A stretch of DNA of 64,000 bases, from contig DASZIR010000069.1 of assembly GCA_035948995.1 (NCBI GenBank), forward strand, positions 997 to 64,996, given 5' to 3'. Under the pieces are notes generated by a model. That model saw only the letters and a list, made by a program, of their open reading frames with translations, did not search any database and was not told the origin of the DNA. Positions 28,376 to 38,881 of the stretch are shown piece after piece (the stretch's first letter is position 1; each line of letters starts with the position of its first letter). The DNA comes from Paraburkholderia sp. (GTDB taxonomy: Bacteria; Pseudomonadota; Gammaproteobacteria; Burkholderiales; Burkholderiaceae). Both the position numbers and the translations under genes were made by a program.

Positions 28376-29806
28376 TTACATGTTCAGCGCGCGCTTGTCG
28401 ACGGCCAGTGCCGCCTCGCGCATTACTTCGGACAGCGACGGGTGCGGATGGCAAATGCGGCCGATGTCTTCCGACGCCGCCTTGAATTCCATCGCCACCA
28501 CGGCTTCCGCGATCAGGTCCGATGCGTTAGCCGAGATGATGTGCACGCCGAGCAGCTCGTCGGTCTTCGCGTCGGCGATCATCTTGACGAAACCATCCGC
28601 CTTGTTGATGCCGAGTGCGCGGCCGTTGGCCATGAACGGGAACTGGCCCGTCTTGACTTCGCGGCCTTCTGCCTTCAGCTGCTGCTCCGTCTTGCCGACC
28701 CATGCGATTTCCGGTTCGGTGTAGATCACCCACGGAATGCAGTTGTAGTCGATGTGCGGCTTCTGACCGTCGATGATTTCAGCGACCAGCACGCCTTCAT
28801 CTTCAGCCTTGTGCGCGAGCATCGGGCCACGCACCACGTCGCCGATCGCGTACACGTTCGGTACCGCGGTCGCGCAGTGGTCGTCCACGTCGATGAAGCC
28901 ACGCTCGTTGGCCTTCAGTCCGATGGCTTCGAGACCGAGGTTGTCGGTATTCGGCACGCGGCCAATCGACACGATCAGGCGGTCCGTTTCGAGCTTCTGC
29001 GCGTTGCCGTCCTTGTCCGTGTAGTTCAGCGTGACGCTGTTGTCGGTCGTCGTCACTTCGCCGACCTTCACGCCCACGTGAATCTCCAGACCCTGCTTCT
29101 TGAACTGCTTGGCCGCTTCCTTCGCGAGCGCCTGGTCAGCCGCGCCGAGGAATTCCGGCAGCGCTTCGAGCACCGTCACGTCAGAGCCAAGACGACGCCA
29201 CACCGAGCCGAGTTCCAGACCGATCACGCCGGCGCCGATCACGGCCAGCTTCTTCGGCACGGTGTCGAAGCTCAGTGCACCCTCGTTGTCGGCCACGATC
29301 TTGTTGTCGACCGGAATGCCCGGCAGATGGCGCGCCTTCGAACCCGTCGCGATGATCACGTTCTTCGCCGTGACGACTTCGGTCTCACCCTCGCCGCTCA
29401 CTTCGATCTGCACGCCGGCGTCCGTCTTGCCGGTGAACTTGCCATGGCCCTTGAGCCACGTGATCTTGTTCTTGCGGAACAGGAATTCGATGCCCTTGGT
29501 CATCTTCTCGACGATGCCTTCCTTGCGGGCCAGCATCTTCGTGATGTCGAGCTTCACATCCGACACGTTGATGCCGTGATCGGCGAGGTGATGCTGCGCG
29601 TTTTCAAATTCTTCCGACGACGCCAGCAACGCCTTCGACGGGATACAACCCACGTTCAGGCAGGTGCCGCCGAGCTTGAGCGCACCGGCCGGGTTCTTCC
29701 ACTTCTCGATACAGGCAACCGACTTGCCGAGCTGCGCAGCGCGAATAGCTGCGACGTAGCCGCCGGGACCGGCACCGATCACGACGACGTCAAATTCTTT
29801 GGACAT
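28376..29806 (-). CDS. lpdA: Dihydrolipoyl dehydrogenase (E3)
   Basis: GAGPGG, GGTCLNVGCIPSK and HPHPSLSE. Confidence 0.97.
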   Translation of the reverse strand: MSKEFDVVVIGAGPGGYVAAIRAAQLGKSVACIEKWKNPAGALKLGGTCLNVGCIPSKALLASSEEFENAQHHLADHGINVSDVKLDITKMLARKEGIVEKMTKGIEFLFRKNKITWLKGHGKFTGKTDAGVQIEVSGEGETEVVTAKNVIIATGSKARHLPGIPVDNKIVADNEGALSFDTVPKKLAVIGAGVIGLELGSVWRRLGSDVTVLEALPEFLGAADQALAKEAAKQFKKQGLEIHVGVKVGEVTTTDNSVTLNYTDKDGNAQKLETDRLIVSIGRVPNTDNLGLEAIGLKANERGFIDVDDHCATAVPNVYAIGDVVRGPMLAHKAEDEGVLVAEIIDGQKPHIDYNCIPWVIYTEPEIAWVGKTEQQLKAEGREVKTGQFPFMANGRALGINKADGFVKMIADAKTDELLGVHIISANASDLIAEAVVAMEFKAASEDIGRICHPHPSLSEVMREAALAVDKRALNM

Positions 29807-29915
29807 GACAATCCTTTTGATGACGGAACGACGCGGCCACGCTTCGTGGCGCGCGTCGTTCCAGTACTGCGGGGTGCTGGATGCATAGTGCCTATATCGC
29901 GCTAGAAACGCGCGA

Positions 29916-31199
29916 TCACAGGTCGAGTAGCAGGCGCGCCGGGTCTTCCAGCGCATCCTTCATCGCGACCAGCGACAGCACCGCTTCGCGACCGTCGATG
30001 ATCCGGTGGTCGTACGACAGCGCCAGATAGTTCATCGGACGGATCACGATCTGGCCGTTTTCGACCACAGCGCGTTCCTTGGTAGCGTGCACGCCGAGAA
30101 TCGCGGATTGCGGCGGGTTGATAATCGGCGTCGACAGCATCGAGCCGAACACACCGCCGTTCGAGATCGAGAACGTACCACCCGTCATTTCCTCGATCGA
30201 CAGCTTGCCGTCCTTGGCCTTCTGGCCGAATTCAGCAATCTTCTTTTCGATTTCAGCGAGGCTCAGCTGATCTGCGTTGCGCAGGATCGGCACCACCAGG
30301 CCACGCGGCGAACCGACCGCGATACCGATGTCGAAGTAGCCGTGATAGACGATGTCGTTACCGTCAATCGACGCATTCACCAGCGGGAACTTCTTCAGCG
30401 CGTGGACCGCCGCCTTGACGAAGAACGACATGAAGCCGAGCTTCACGCCATGTTCCTTCTCGAACTTGTCCTTGTACTTGTTGCGCAGGTCCATCACCGG
30501 CGCCATGTTCACTTCGTTGAACGTCGTGAGGATGGCGTTGGTTTGCTGCGACTCGAGCAGACGCTCGGCGATACGCGCACGCAGACGCGACATCGGCACG
30601 CGTTGTTCCGGACGGTCCTTGAGCCATGCTTCGGCGGAGGCCGGAGCCTTCACGTCCGGCAGCGACGGCCTGGCAGCCTTCGGTGCGGCAGCCGGTGCCG
30701 GTGCAGCCTTGGCGGCCGGTGCCGGAGCGGCGCCGGCGGTCAGCACGTCACCCTTGGTGATGCGGCCGTCGCGGCCCGTGCCGGCGACGTCACCCGACGC
30801 CAGATTCTTTTCCGCCATCAGCTTGCCGGCAGCCGGCGAAGCAGCGGTGTTTGCACCCGTTGCGGATGCAGCTTGAGCAGCCGGTGCGGCGGCGGGTGCC
30901 TGAGCGGCAACCGGAGCCGGCTTCACTTCAGCCTCGACAGCAGCGGCGCCAGCCGTGCCTTCCGTGTCGATCTTGGCGATTACCTGATCAGCGGTGACGG
31001 TATCGCCGTCGTTCGCGATCACTTGCGCGAGCACGCCAGCCGAGGGGGCCGGCACTTCCAGCACGACCTTATCGGTCTCGATTTCGATGAGGATTTCGTC
31101 TTGCGCGACAGCCTCGCCGGGTTTCTTCTTCCACTGCAGCATCGTGGCTTCCGAAACCGACTCCGAAAGCTGGGGGACTTTGACTTCTACAATAGCCAT
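29916..31199 (-). CDS. sucB: 2-oxoglutarate dehydrogenase E2
   Basis: Lipoyl domain [15 protein letters not shown] and YDHRIIDG. Confidence 0.97.
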   Translation of the reverse strand: MAIVEVKVPQLSESVSEATMLQWKKKPGEAVAQDEILIEIETDKVVLEVPAPSAGVLAQVIANDGDTVTADQVIAKIDTEGTAGAAAVEAEVKPAPVAAQAPAAAPAAQAASATGANTAASPAAGKLMAEKNLASGDVAGTGRDGRITKGDVLTAGAAPAPAAKAAPAPAAAPKAARPSLPDVKAPASAEAWLKDRPEQRVPMSRLRARIAERLLESQQTNAILTTFNEVNMAPVMDLRNKYKDKFEKEHGVKLGFMSFFVKAAVHALKKFPLVNASIDGNDIVYHGYFDIGIAVGSPRGLVVPILRNADQLSLAEIEKKIAEFGQKAKDGKLSIEEMTGGTFSISNGGVFGSMLSTPIINPPQSAILGVHATKERAVVENGQIVIRPMNYLALSYDHRIIDGREAVLSLVAMKDALEDPARLLLDL

Positions 31200-31322
31200 T
31201 GTGATTTTCCTGAATACGTATCTGGTGACAACGAACCGTCTGCGAACCCTGATCTGCCGCGTTTGAGCGGTCAGATGCGGTGCGGGAAAGCGCACTGCGC
31301 TTTCCCGGTTCGCCTGTTGTGG

Positions 31323-34184
31323 TTATTTAGCGATCGACGCGCTCTTGAGACGGCCGAATGCACCTTCGACCAGCGCCTTCTGCTGCTCGTAATGCTTCGC
31401 GTAGTAGCCGACTGCCGGCGAGGCCGAAGCAGGACGGCCGCTGTATGCGAGCTTCTGTCCGTCCTTCATGCCTTCCTTCAGGTGGTGCTCGATGTAGAAC
31501 CACGGGCCTTGATTCTGCGGCTCGTCCTGCACCCAGACCACTTCGGTCGCGTTGTCGTACTTCTTCATTTCCGCTTCGAACTGCTTGTGTGCAAACGGGT
31601 AGAGCTGTTCGATACGGATGATCGCGACGTCGTTCGCCTTCGCTTCGCGGCGATGTGCGAGCAGGTCGTAGTACACGCGGCCCGAGCAGGCCACGACGCG
31701 CTTGACCTTCTTCGCTTCGATGGCTTCGTCGATTTCGCCGAGAATCGGCTGGAACGCGCCCTTCGCCAGTTCGGACAGGTCCGACACGGCTTCCTTGTGA
31801 CGCAGCAGCGACTTCGGCGTAGCGACAATCAGCGGCTTGCGGAACAGGCGGATCATCTGACGGCGCAGCAGGTGGAAAATCTGCGCCGGCGTGGTGGGCT
31901 GAACGACCTGCATGTTGTGGTCTGCACACAGTTGCAGGAAACGTTCGATACGGGTCGACGAGTGCTCCGGACCCTGGCCTTCGTAGCCGTGCGGCAGCAG
32001 CATCGTGAGACCCGAAACACGGCCCCACTTCACTTCGCCCGACGAGATGAACTGGTCGATCACGACTTGCGCGCCGTTCACGAAGTCGCCGAACTGCGCT
32101 TCCCATGCGACAAACGTGTTCGGTTCAGCGGTCGAGTAACCGTACTCGAAGCCCAGCACCGCTTCTTCCGACAGCACCGAGTCGATCACCGTGAACTTCG
32201 CCTGACCTTCGGCGATGTTCTGCAGCGGCACGTAGGTGCCGTCGTTCCAGCGTTCGCGGTTCTGATCGTGCAGCACCGCGTGACGGTGCGTGAACGTGCC
32301 GCGGCCCGAGTCCTGACCGGTCAGGCGCACGGCGTAGCCCGATGCGACCAGCGACGCGAATGCCAGGTGTTCGCCCATGCCCCAGTCGAGCTTCGCTTCG
32401 CCACGGCCCATCGCGCGACGGTCGTTGATGACGCGCTCGACCAGCGGGTGAACCTTGAAGTTTTCCGGGACTGTGGTGATGCGCTCGGCGAGGCGCTTCA
32501 ACTCAGCCAGCGGCACTGCCGTGTCCGCTGCGTCGGTCCACTTGCGGTTCAGGAACGGCACCCAGTCGACCGCGTACTTGCTCTTGTAGTTCGAGAGCAC
32601 CGGGTCGATCGTGTGATGGCCTTCGTCCATCGCCTTGCGGTAGGCCTTGACGAATTCGTCTGCGTCAGCAGCCGTGATCACGCCCTGTTGCACCAGCTTT
32701 TCAGCGTACAGTGCGCGCGTGCCCGGGTGCTTCGCAATCGTCTTGTACATCAGCGGCTGCGTGACAGCCGGCGTGTCCTGCTCGTTGTGGCCGAGCTTGC
32801 GGAAGCAGACGATGTCGACGACGACGTCCTTATGGAACTGCATCCGGAAGTCGATGGCGAGCTGCGTAGCCAGCACCACCGCTTCAGGATCGTCACCGTT
32901 CACGTGCAGCACCGGTGCCTCGATCATCTTGACGACGTCCGAGCAGTACAGCGTCGAGCGCGAGTCGCGCGGATCCGACGTGGTGAAGCCGATCTGGTTG
33001 TTGATGACGATGTGCAGCGTGCCGTGCGTGCCGTAACCGCGCGTTTGCGCGAGGTTCAGCGTTTCCATCACCACGCCCTGGCCAGCGAAAGCCGCGTCGC
33101 CGTGGATCTGCACCGGCAGCACTTGCAGGCCGCTGTCGTCGCCGCGACGGTCCATCCGGGCCTTGGCCGAGCCTTCGACCACCGGGTTGACGATTTCAAG
33201 GTGCGACGGGTTGAACGCGAGCGACAGGTGAACCGGGCCGCCTTCGGTCGAGACGTCCGACGAGAAGCCCTTGTGGTATTTCACGTCGCCGGCCGGCAGA
33301 TCGTCGACGTGCTTGCCTTCGAATTCGGCGAAGAGGTCAGCCGGCATCTTGCCGAGCGTATTGACCAGCACGTTCAGACGGCCACGGTGGGCCATGCCGA
33401 TGACGATTTCCTGAACGCCACGAGCGCCGCCGTGACGCACCACTTCGTCCATCGAGGCGATGAAGCTTTCACCGCCTTCGAGCGAGAAGCGCTTCTGGCC
33501 GACGTACTTGGTGTGCAGGAAGCGCTCGAGGCCTTCAGCGGCGGTCAGGCGATTCAGAATGTGTTTCTTCTTGTCATTGGAGAAATTCGGCGTCGAACGG
33601 ATCGACTCGAGCTTCTCTTTCCACCAGCGCTTCTGTTCCGGATCGCTGAGGTACATGTACTCGACACCGATCGTGCCGCAGTACGTGTCGCGCAACGCCT
33701 TGACGATATCCCGCAGCGAAGCCTGTTCGAAACCGAAGTACAGGTTGTTCGTGTTGAACACCTGGTCCATGTCGGCTTCAGTGAAGTCGTAGAACGCGGG
33801 TTCAAGTTCGGGAATATTCGGACGTTCGCGGCGCTTCAGGGGATCGAGATTGGCCCATTGCGAGCCGAGGAAGCGATATGCGCCGATGAGGGACTGCACA
33901 TAGACTTGCTTGCGCGCGGTAGCGAGATCTTCGCCGCCTGTTGCGGTGCGCGGGATGAAGGCATTGGCCTTGGCCCGTTGTGCAAATGATTCGACGATCG
34001 GGCCATGGGCCACGTCGTTGGCATTGCTGCCATCCGATGCAGGAACGTTCTGCAACGCGTCGAAATACACACGCCAGTTCTCGGGCACTGACGCCGGATT
34101 ATCGAGATACGCTTCGTACATTTCTTCTACGTACGGAGCATTGCCGCCGAACAGATAGGAGTTCGACTGGAATTGCTTCATCAT
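31323..34184 (-). CDS. sucA: 2-oxoglutarate dehydrogenase E1
   Basis: GMAHRGRLNVL, HGDAAFAGQG, WEAQFGDF and HGYEGQGPEHSS. Confidence 0.97.
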   Translation of the reverse strand: MMKQFQSNSYLFGGNAPYVEEMYEAYLDNPASVPENWRVYFDALQNVPASDGSNANDVAHGPIVESFAQRAKANAFIPRTATGGEDLATARKQVYVQSLIGAYRFLGSQWANLDPLKRRERPNIPELEPAFYDFTEADMDQVFNTNNLYFGFEQASLRDIVKALRDTYCGTIGVEYMYLSDPEQKRWWKEKLESIRSTPNFSNDKKKHILNRLTAAEGLERFLHTKYVGQKRFSLEGGESFIASMDEVVRHGGARGVQEIVIGMAHRGRLNVLVNTLGKMPADLFAEFEGKHVDDLPAGDVKYHKGFSSDVSTEGGPVHLSLAFNPSHLEIVNPVVEGSAKARMDRRGDDSGLQVLPVQIHGDAAFAGQGVVMETLNLAQTRGYGTHGTLHIVINNQIGFTTSDPRDSRSTLYCSDVVKMIEAPVLHVNGDDPEAVVLATQLAIDFRMQFHKDVVVDIVCFRKLGHNEQDTPAVTQPLMYKTIAKHPGTRALYAEKLVQQGVITAADADEFVKAYRKAMDEGHHTIDPVLSNYKSKYAVDWVPFLNRKWTDAADTAVPLAELKRLAERITTVPENFKVHPLVERVINDRRAMGRGEAKLDWGMGEHLAFASLVASGYAVRLTGQDSGRGTFTHRHAVLHDQNRERWNDGTYVPLQNIAEGQAKFTVIDSVLSEEAVLGFEYGYSTAEPNTFVAWEAQFGDFVNGAQVVIDQFISSGEVKWGRVSGLTMLLPHGYEGQGPEHSSTRIERFLQLCADHNMQVVQPTTPAQIFHLLRRQMIRLFRKPLIVATPKSLLRHKEAVSDLSELAKGAFQPILGEIDEAIEAKKVKRVVACSGRVYYDLLAHRREAKANDVAIIRIEQLYPFAHKQFEAEMKKYDNATEVVWVQDEPQNQGPWFYIEHHLKEGMKDGQKLAYSGRPASASPAVGYYAKHYEQQKALVEGAFGRLKSASIAK

Positions 34185-34189
34185 GGTTA

Positions 34190-34280
34190 CGCTCACCTTT
34201 CTTCGAGTTTCTCGAGAAATAGCGGGTTACTCAAACCTTCCGCGACACGGCCTGACCGTTTGGCGGATTGCGCGAATCAA
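34190..34280 (-). ncRNA. sucA RNA motif (cis-regulatory 5' leader)
   Basis: Minus strand GCAATCCGCCAAACGGTCAGGCCGTGTCGCGGAAGGTTTGAGTAACCCGCT..CTCGAGAAACTCGAAGAAAGGTGAGC directly upstream of sucA; matches my recollection of the Burkholderiales sucA motif. Confidence 0.8.
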
Positions 34281-34463
34281 GTCTTGCTTGGAAGGACCTT
34301 AACTTGCATCCGCGGAAGCATATCACATAACAGATAGTCCAGATAGCAGGCATAGTGCCGCAAAAGCCCGTCGCGACGGGCTTTCAGGGACCTTTTCAGG
34401 ACTCGCAACAGTGTCCTGCGAGCAACGGCAATCGCAAATGACACAACACGGGGCCAGAAACGG

Positions 34464-34487
34464 CAAAAGCCACCCGAAGGTGGCTCT
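34464..34487 (-). terminator. Terminator after typA
   Basis: Minus strand AGCCACC-TTCG-GGTGGCT-TTTG. Confidence 0.7.
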
Positions 34488-34511
34488 TGCCTGACATCCG
34501 TGCAACCGGAT

Positions 34512-36338
34512 TTAGTCCACTGCGCCCTTACGGCTGGCGCTGCGGCGCTCGTGTTCCTTCAGATAACGCTTGCGCAGACGGATGGATTGCGGCGTGACTT
34601 CGACCAGTTCGTCGTCGTCGATGAATTCGACCGCGTATTCCAGCGACATCTGGATCGGCGGCACGAGGCGCACCGCTTCGTCGGTACCCGACGAACGCAC
34701 GTTGGTCAGCTGCTTACCCTTGATCGGGTTCACGACCAGGTCGTTGTCGCGGCTGTGAATGCCGATGATCATGCCTTCGTACAGCGGCTCGCCCGGCGAC
34801 ACGAACATACGGCCCCGGTCCTGCAGCTTCCACAACGCGTATGCGACTGCGGCGCCGTCGTCCTGCGAAATCAGCACGCCGTTACGACGCTCGCCGACGC
34901 CACCTTCCTTAACCGGCTGATACGAGTCAAACGTGTGGCTCATCAGGCCCGTGCCGCGCGTCAGCGTCAGGAATTCGCCCTGGAAGCCGATCAGGCCACG
35001 TGCCGAAATACGGTACTCGAGACGCGTACGGCCGCGACCGTCCGATGCCATGTCGAGCATTTCGCCCTTGCGACGGCCCAGCTCTTCCATCACACCACCC
35101 TGATGCGCGTCTTCCATGTCGACGGTGAGGTTTTCGTACGGCTCATGCTTCACGCCGTCGACTTCCGTCATCACCACGCGCGGACGCGACACGGCGAGCT
35201 CATACCCTTCACGGCGCATGTTTTCCACGAGAATGGTCAGGTGCAGCTCGCCGCGACCCATCACTTCAAACGTGGTTTCGTCACCGGTTTCGTTCACGCG
35301 CAGCGCGACGTTATGGTTCAGTTCCTTGAAGAGACGGTCGCGGATCTGACGGCTCGTCACGAACTTGCCTTCACGGCCAGCCAGCGGCGACGAATTCACG
35401 AGGAAGTTCATCGTCAGCGTCGGCTCGTCGACCGTGATCATCGGCAGCGCTTCCGGGGCTTCCGGTGCGCAGATCGTCACGCCAATGCCGATCTCTTCGA
35501 TACCGTTGATCAGGACGATGTCGCCAGCCTCAGCCGAATCAACCTGCACGCGCTCCAGACCCTTGAACGACAGAACCTGGTTGATCTTGCGGTTGAGAAT
35601 CGCGCCGTCCGGACCCGAACGCACGGCCACCGGCATGCCCGGCTTGATACGGCCACGCGTGATACGGCCGACGCCGATACGGCCAACGTACGACGAATAG
35701 TCGAGCGACGTGATCTGCAATTGCAGCGGCGCGTCCGGGTCGGCCGGGCGGACCGGAACGTGTTCCAGCACGGCGTTGAACAGCGGACGCATGTCGCCCG
35801 AGCGCACGTCCGCAGTCAAGCCTGCATAACCATTGAGGCCCGAAGCGTAGACGATCGGGAAGTCGAGCTGCTCGTCCGTTGCGCCAAGCTTGTCGAACAG
35901 GTCGAAAGTCTGGTTGATCACCCAGTCGATCCGCGCGCCCGGGCGGTCAACCTTGTTGATCACCACGATCGGCTTGAGGCCGAGCGCCAGCGCCTTCTTC
36001 GTCACAAAGCGCGTTTGCGGCATCGGACCTTCCACGGCGTCAACCAGCAGCAGCACCGAGTCGACCATTGACAGCACGCGCTCCACTTCGCCACCGAAGT
36101 CGGCGTGGCCCGGCGTGTCGACGATGTTGATGTGCGTACCTTCGTACTCGACCGCGCAGTTCTTCGACAGGATCGTGATACCACGTTCCTTTTCGATGTC
36201 GTTCGAGTCCATCACGCGCTCGACAACCTGCTGGTTATCGCGAAACGTGGCGGTCTGGCGGAGCAGTTGGTCGACGAGCGTGGTCTTGCCGTGGTCGACG
36301 TGGGCAATAATGGCAATGTTGCGTAGGGCGCGAGTCAT
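34512..36338 (-). CDS. typA: Translational GTPase TypA/BipA
   Basis: [38 protein letters not shown] and [11 protein letters not shown]. Confidence 0.97.
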   Translation of the reverse strand: MTRALRNIAIIAHVDHGKTTLVDQLLRQTATFRDNQQVVERVMDSNDIEKERGITILSKNCAVEYEGTHINIVDTPGHADFGGEVERVLSMVDSVLLLVDAVEGPMPQTRFVTKKALALGLKPIVVINKVDRPGARIDWVINQTFDLFDKLGATDEQLDFPIVYASGLNGYAGLTADVRSGDMRPLFNAVLEHVPVRPADPDAPLQLQITSLDYSSYVGRIGVGRITRGRIKPGMPVAVRSGPDGAILNRKINQVLSFKGLERVQVDSAEAGDIVLINGIEEIGIGVTICAPEAPEALPMITVDEPTLTMNFLVNSSPLAGREGKFVTSRQIRDRLFKELNHNVALRVNETGDETTFEVMGRGELHLTILVENMRREGYELAVSRPRVVMTEVDGVKHEPYENLTVDMEDAHQGGVMEELGRRKGEMLDMASDGRGRTRLEYRISARGLIGFQGEFLTLTRGTGLMSHTFDSYQPVKEGGVGERRNGVLISQDDGAAVAYALWKLQDRGRMFVSPGEPLYEGMIIGIHSRDNDLVVNPIKGKQLTNVRSSGTDEAVRLVPPIQMSLEYAVEFIDDDELVEVTPQSIRLRKRYLKEHERRSASRKGAVD

Positions 36339-36654
36339 AGGAGCCTGGAGACAGTTGAGTGCGCCAGCTGCAGCATTGTGTACAAAGCCAACAAAGCCCA
36401 AAGCGCACTTTTGGGAACCCGATATTGTAGCACGCGTAGATTAAGGTTCTCTGGTATTCCCCTACCCGCCGCCATTCACCACCATTCGCACGCTACCTGC
36501 CCCCGACATCCTGCCGCGCCAACACTTACAGCGCCTTACGCGGAGCACGCACTCACGCCGCCTTGCGCGGCGGGGCCGCCGTCCTGATTTTGCCATGTCC
36601 GTGCCCCCTATTTAAGTGCTTGAGCCGGTACAGATCCTTGCCTAAGCTGCAATA

Positions 36655-36705
36655 ACGCTTGCCGCGTCAACTAACCGCGCCCTATAATCCTGCTTAGTCA
36701 ACCAT
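36655..36705 (+). promoter_or_regulatory. Sigma70 promoter of marR with overlapping candidate operators
   Basis: TTGCCG (36659)-N18-TATAAT (36683); CTTGCCGCGTCAACTA and CCTGCTTAGTCAACCA overlap the -35 and +1 regions. Confidence 0.65.
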
Positions 36706-36723
36706 TGCAGTCGCATGAGAATC

Positions 36724-37242
36724 ATGACGGATCAGTCCCATACGCCAGGGCCGGAAATCAGCGCATACCAGCTGGGCGAAAGCGTCGGCTATCTGATTTC
36801 GCGCGTGAAATCGACCTTGTCGAATCTGGTCACGCAGCGCACCATGGCCGAGCTTGGCATCACCAGCCAACAGGCCAGCATCCTGTTCATGGTGGCGAGC
36901 GGCAAGTGCCTGCTGGCTGCAGAACTCGCCCGGGAATATGGCATCGACGCCAGCGCCGTCACCCGTCTGGTTGACCGGCTGGAAAAGCGCGGCCTGCTCA
37001 CGCGGGTACGCAGCAGCGAGGACCGGCGCGTCGTGCGGCTCGCGCTGACGCCCGAAGGCCAGAGCATCGCGGTACGCATGCCGGCCATCTTCAACGGCGT
37101 GATCGACAGCCTGCTCTCCGGTTTTACACCCGAAGAAGTCGGCTTTCTGAAGAGCATGCTGCGCCGTGTGCTGACCAACAGCGGCTGCGATCTATCGGGC
37201 ATAACCCGTGACGCAGCAACCAATTCCGACGGCAAATCGTAG
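36724..37242 (+). CDS. MarR-family regulator (EmrR-like)
   Basis: ELAR..GID.SAVTRLVDRLEKRGLL.RVRS.EDRRVV.LALT. Confidence 0.93.
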   Translation: MTDQSHTPGPEISAYQLGESVGYLISRVKSTLSNLVTQRTMAELGITSQQASILFMVASGKCLLAAELAREYGIDASAVTRLVDRLEKRGLLTRVRSSEDRRVVRLALTPEGQSIAVRMPAIFNGVIDSLLSGFTPEEVGFLKSMLRRVLTNSGCDLSGITRDAATNSDGKS

Positions 37243-37261
37243 TCACTTATCGTAGTCACTT
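37236..37261 (+). repeat. Perfect 13-bp tandem duplication
   Basis: atcgtagtcactt twice, spanning the marR stop codon. Confidence 0.85.
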
Positions 37262-37311
37262 AGTTTGCAGCGTCAATTATTACAATCTACTGACACTCAA
37301 AGAGTCGAGCG

Positions 37312-38826
37312 ATGAAACCCCTTTCCCTGTCCGCGCGCGCACTGTCGTGCCGGGCCGCCGTCACCGCTGCGGTGACGGCGCTCGCCCTCACCGGGTGCGC
37401 GAACTACATTGGTATCAAGAGCGACAAGCAGATGTCGTCGCCGGCGCAGTACGAGTCCACCCAGAGCTTGCCGTCCCAGGGCGCCCAGTGGCCGTCGCTC
37501 GACTGGGCCAACCAGTTCGGCGACCCGCAACTGCCCCAGCTGATCGCAGAAGCGCTCCAAGGCAGTCCGTCGATCGCCCAGGCGCAGGCACGGCTCGCCA
37601 AGGCTTCGTCGTACATCGAAAGCACGCGCTCGGCGCTTTATCCGAAAGTCAACGGCAGCTACTCGTGGAATCGCGAGCTGTTCTCAGGCAATGCGCTCTA
37701 CCCGCCGCCGTACGGCGGCACGTGGTACAGCGAAAACAACGTGCTGGCGAGCGCCTCGTGGGATCTGGACCTGTGGGGCAAGAACCGTCAGCGCCTCGGT
37801 CAGGCCGTGTCGCAGGAAAAAGCCGCCGAAGCCGATGTGGAGCAGGCTCGCGTGACCCTCGCCGCCTCGGTGGCCAGCACCTATAACCAGCTTGCGCAGT
37901 TGTACGCGCTGCGCGATATCGCCGCGCGCGAAATTGTCAATCGCCAGGACATCGGCCGCATCACCCATGGCCGCGTCACCGCCGGCCTCGACACCAACGT
38001 CGAGCAGCAGACCGCGAACGGCAACATTGCGACGAGCCAGTCCAACCTGACCGATCTCGACGGCCAGATCACCACCGTGCGCTATCAGCTCGGCGCGCTG
38101 CTCGGCAAGGGGCCGGATCGCGGCCTGCAGATCGCCAAGCCAGTGCTGGCGCCTGGCGGTACAGTGAGCTTGCCGGACAACGTGCCTGCCGATCTGGTGT
38201 CACGCCGCCCTGATATCGTCGCCGCGCGCTGGCAGGTCGAAGCCGCGATGCATGACGTCAAGGAGGCCAAGGCGGAGTTCTTCCCGGACGTCAACCTCGC
38301 CGCCGGCTTCGGCTTCGACGCGTTCGGCTGGGGCAAATTCCTTACGTCAGCGAGCCGCCAGGTCCAGTTCGGGCCGGCGATTCACCTGCCGATCTTCGAC
38401 GCCGGCGCGCTGCGCTCGCAGCTGAAGGGCCGCTACGCCGATTTCGACCTGGATGTCGCAAACTACAACCAGACGCTGATCAGCGCGTTGCAGGACGTGG
38501 CCACGCAAATCACGTCGATCCGTTCGATCGACCAGCAGTCAGGCGATGCGCAGCGCGCGCTCGATGCGTCCACGAAGGCGTACCAGCTGGCCGTGATCCG
38601 CTACAAGGCGGGCCTGTCGGAGCAATTGCAGGTGCTCACCGCCGACCAGAATCGCCTCGCGGCCGAGCAGACGGTGACGAACCTCAAGATGAGACGCCGC
38701 GACATGCAGATCGGCCTCATCAAGGCACTCGGCGGCGGTTTCGATGCGACGCAAACCGGCCTCATCGTGCCGACCGATGCGCCGGCCGCAGCGTCAGGCG
38801 CCGCGGCGCAGGCTGCCGCGAACTGA
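37312..38826 (+). CDS. NodT-family efflux outer membrane lipoprotein
   Basis: LTGC lipobox, SWDLDLWGK, RRPDIVAAR and LIKALGGG. Confidence 0.93.
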   Translation: MKPLSLSARALSCRAAVTAAVTALALTGCANYIGIKSDKQMSSPAQYESTQSLPSQGAQWPSLDWANQFGDPQLPQLIAEALQGSPSIAQAQARLAKASSYIESTRSALYPKVNGSYSWNRELFSGNALYPPPYGGTWYSENNVLASASWDLDLWGKNRQRLGQAVSQEKAAEADVEQARVTLAASVASTYNQLAQLYALRDIAAREIVNRQDIGRITHGRVTAGLDTNVEQQTANGNIATSQSNLTDLDGQITTVRYQLGALLGKGPDRGLQIAKPVLAPGGTVSLPDNVPADLVSRRPDIVAARWQVEAAMHDVKEAKAEFFPDVNLAAGFGFDAFGWGKFLTSASRQVQFGPAIHLPIFDAGALRSQLKGRYADFDLDVANYNQTLISALQDVATQITSIRSIDQQSGDAQRALDASTKAYQLAVIRYKAGLSEQLQVLTADQNRLAAEQTVTNLKMRRRDMQIGLIKALGGGFDATQTGLIVPTDAPAAASGAAAQAAAN

Positions 38827-38881
38827 ACCCGAATGCCCATCCGAATAAACGACGCAGATTGAGAGAATACGGAGCAGATCA

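Noticed and set aside
30006-33989. 1327-aa plus-strand ORF
   Set aside because: Antisense shadow of sucA/sucB caused by high-GC codon bias; no recognisable motifs.
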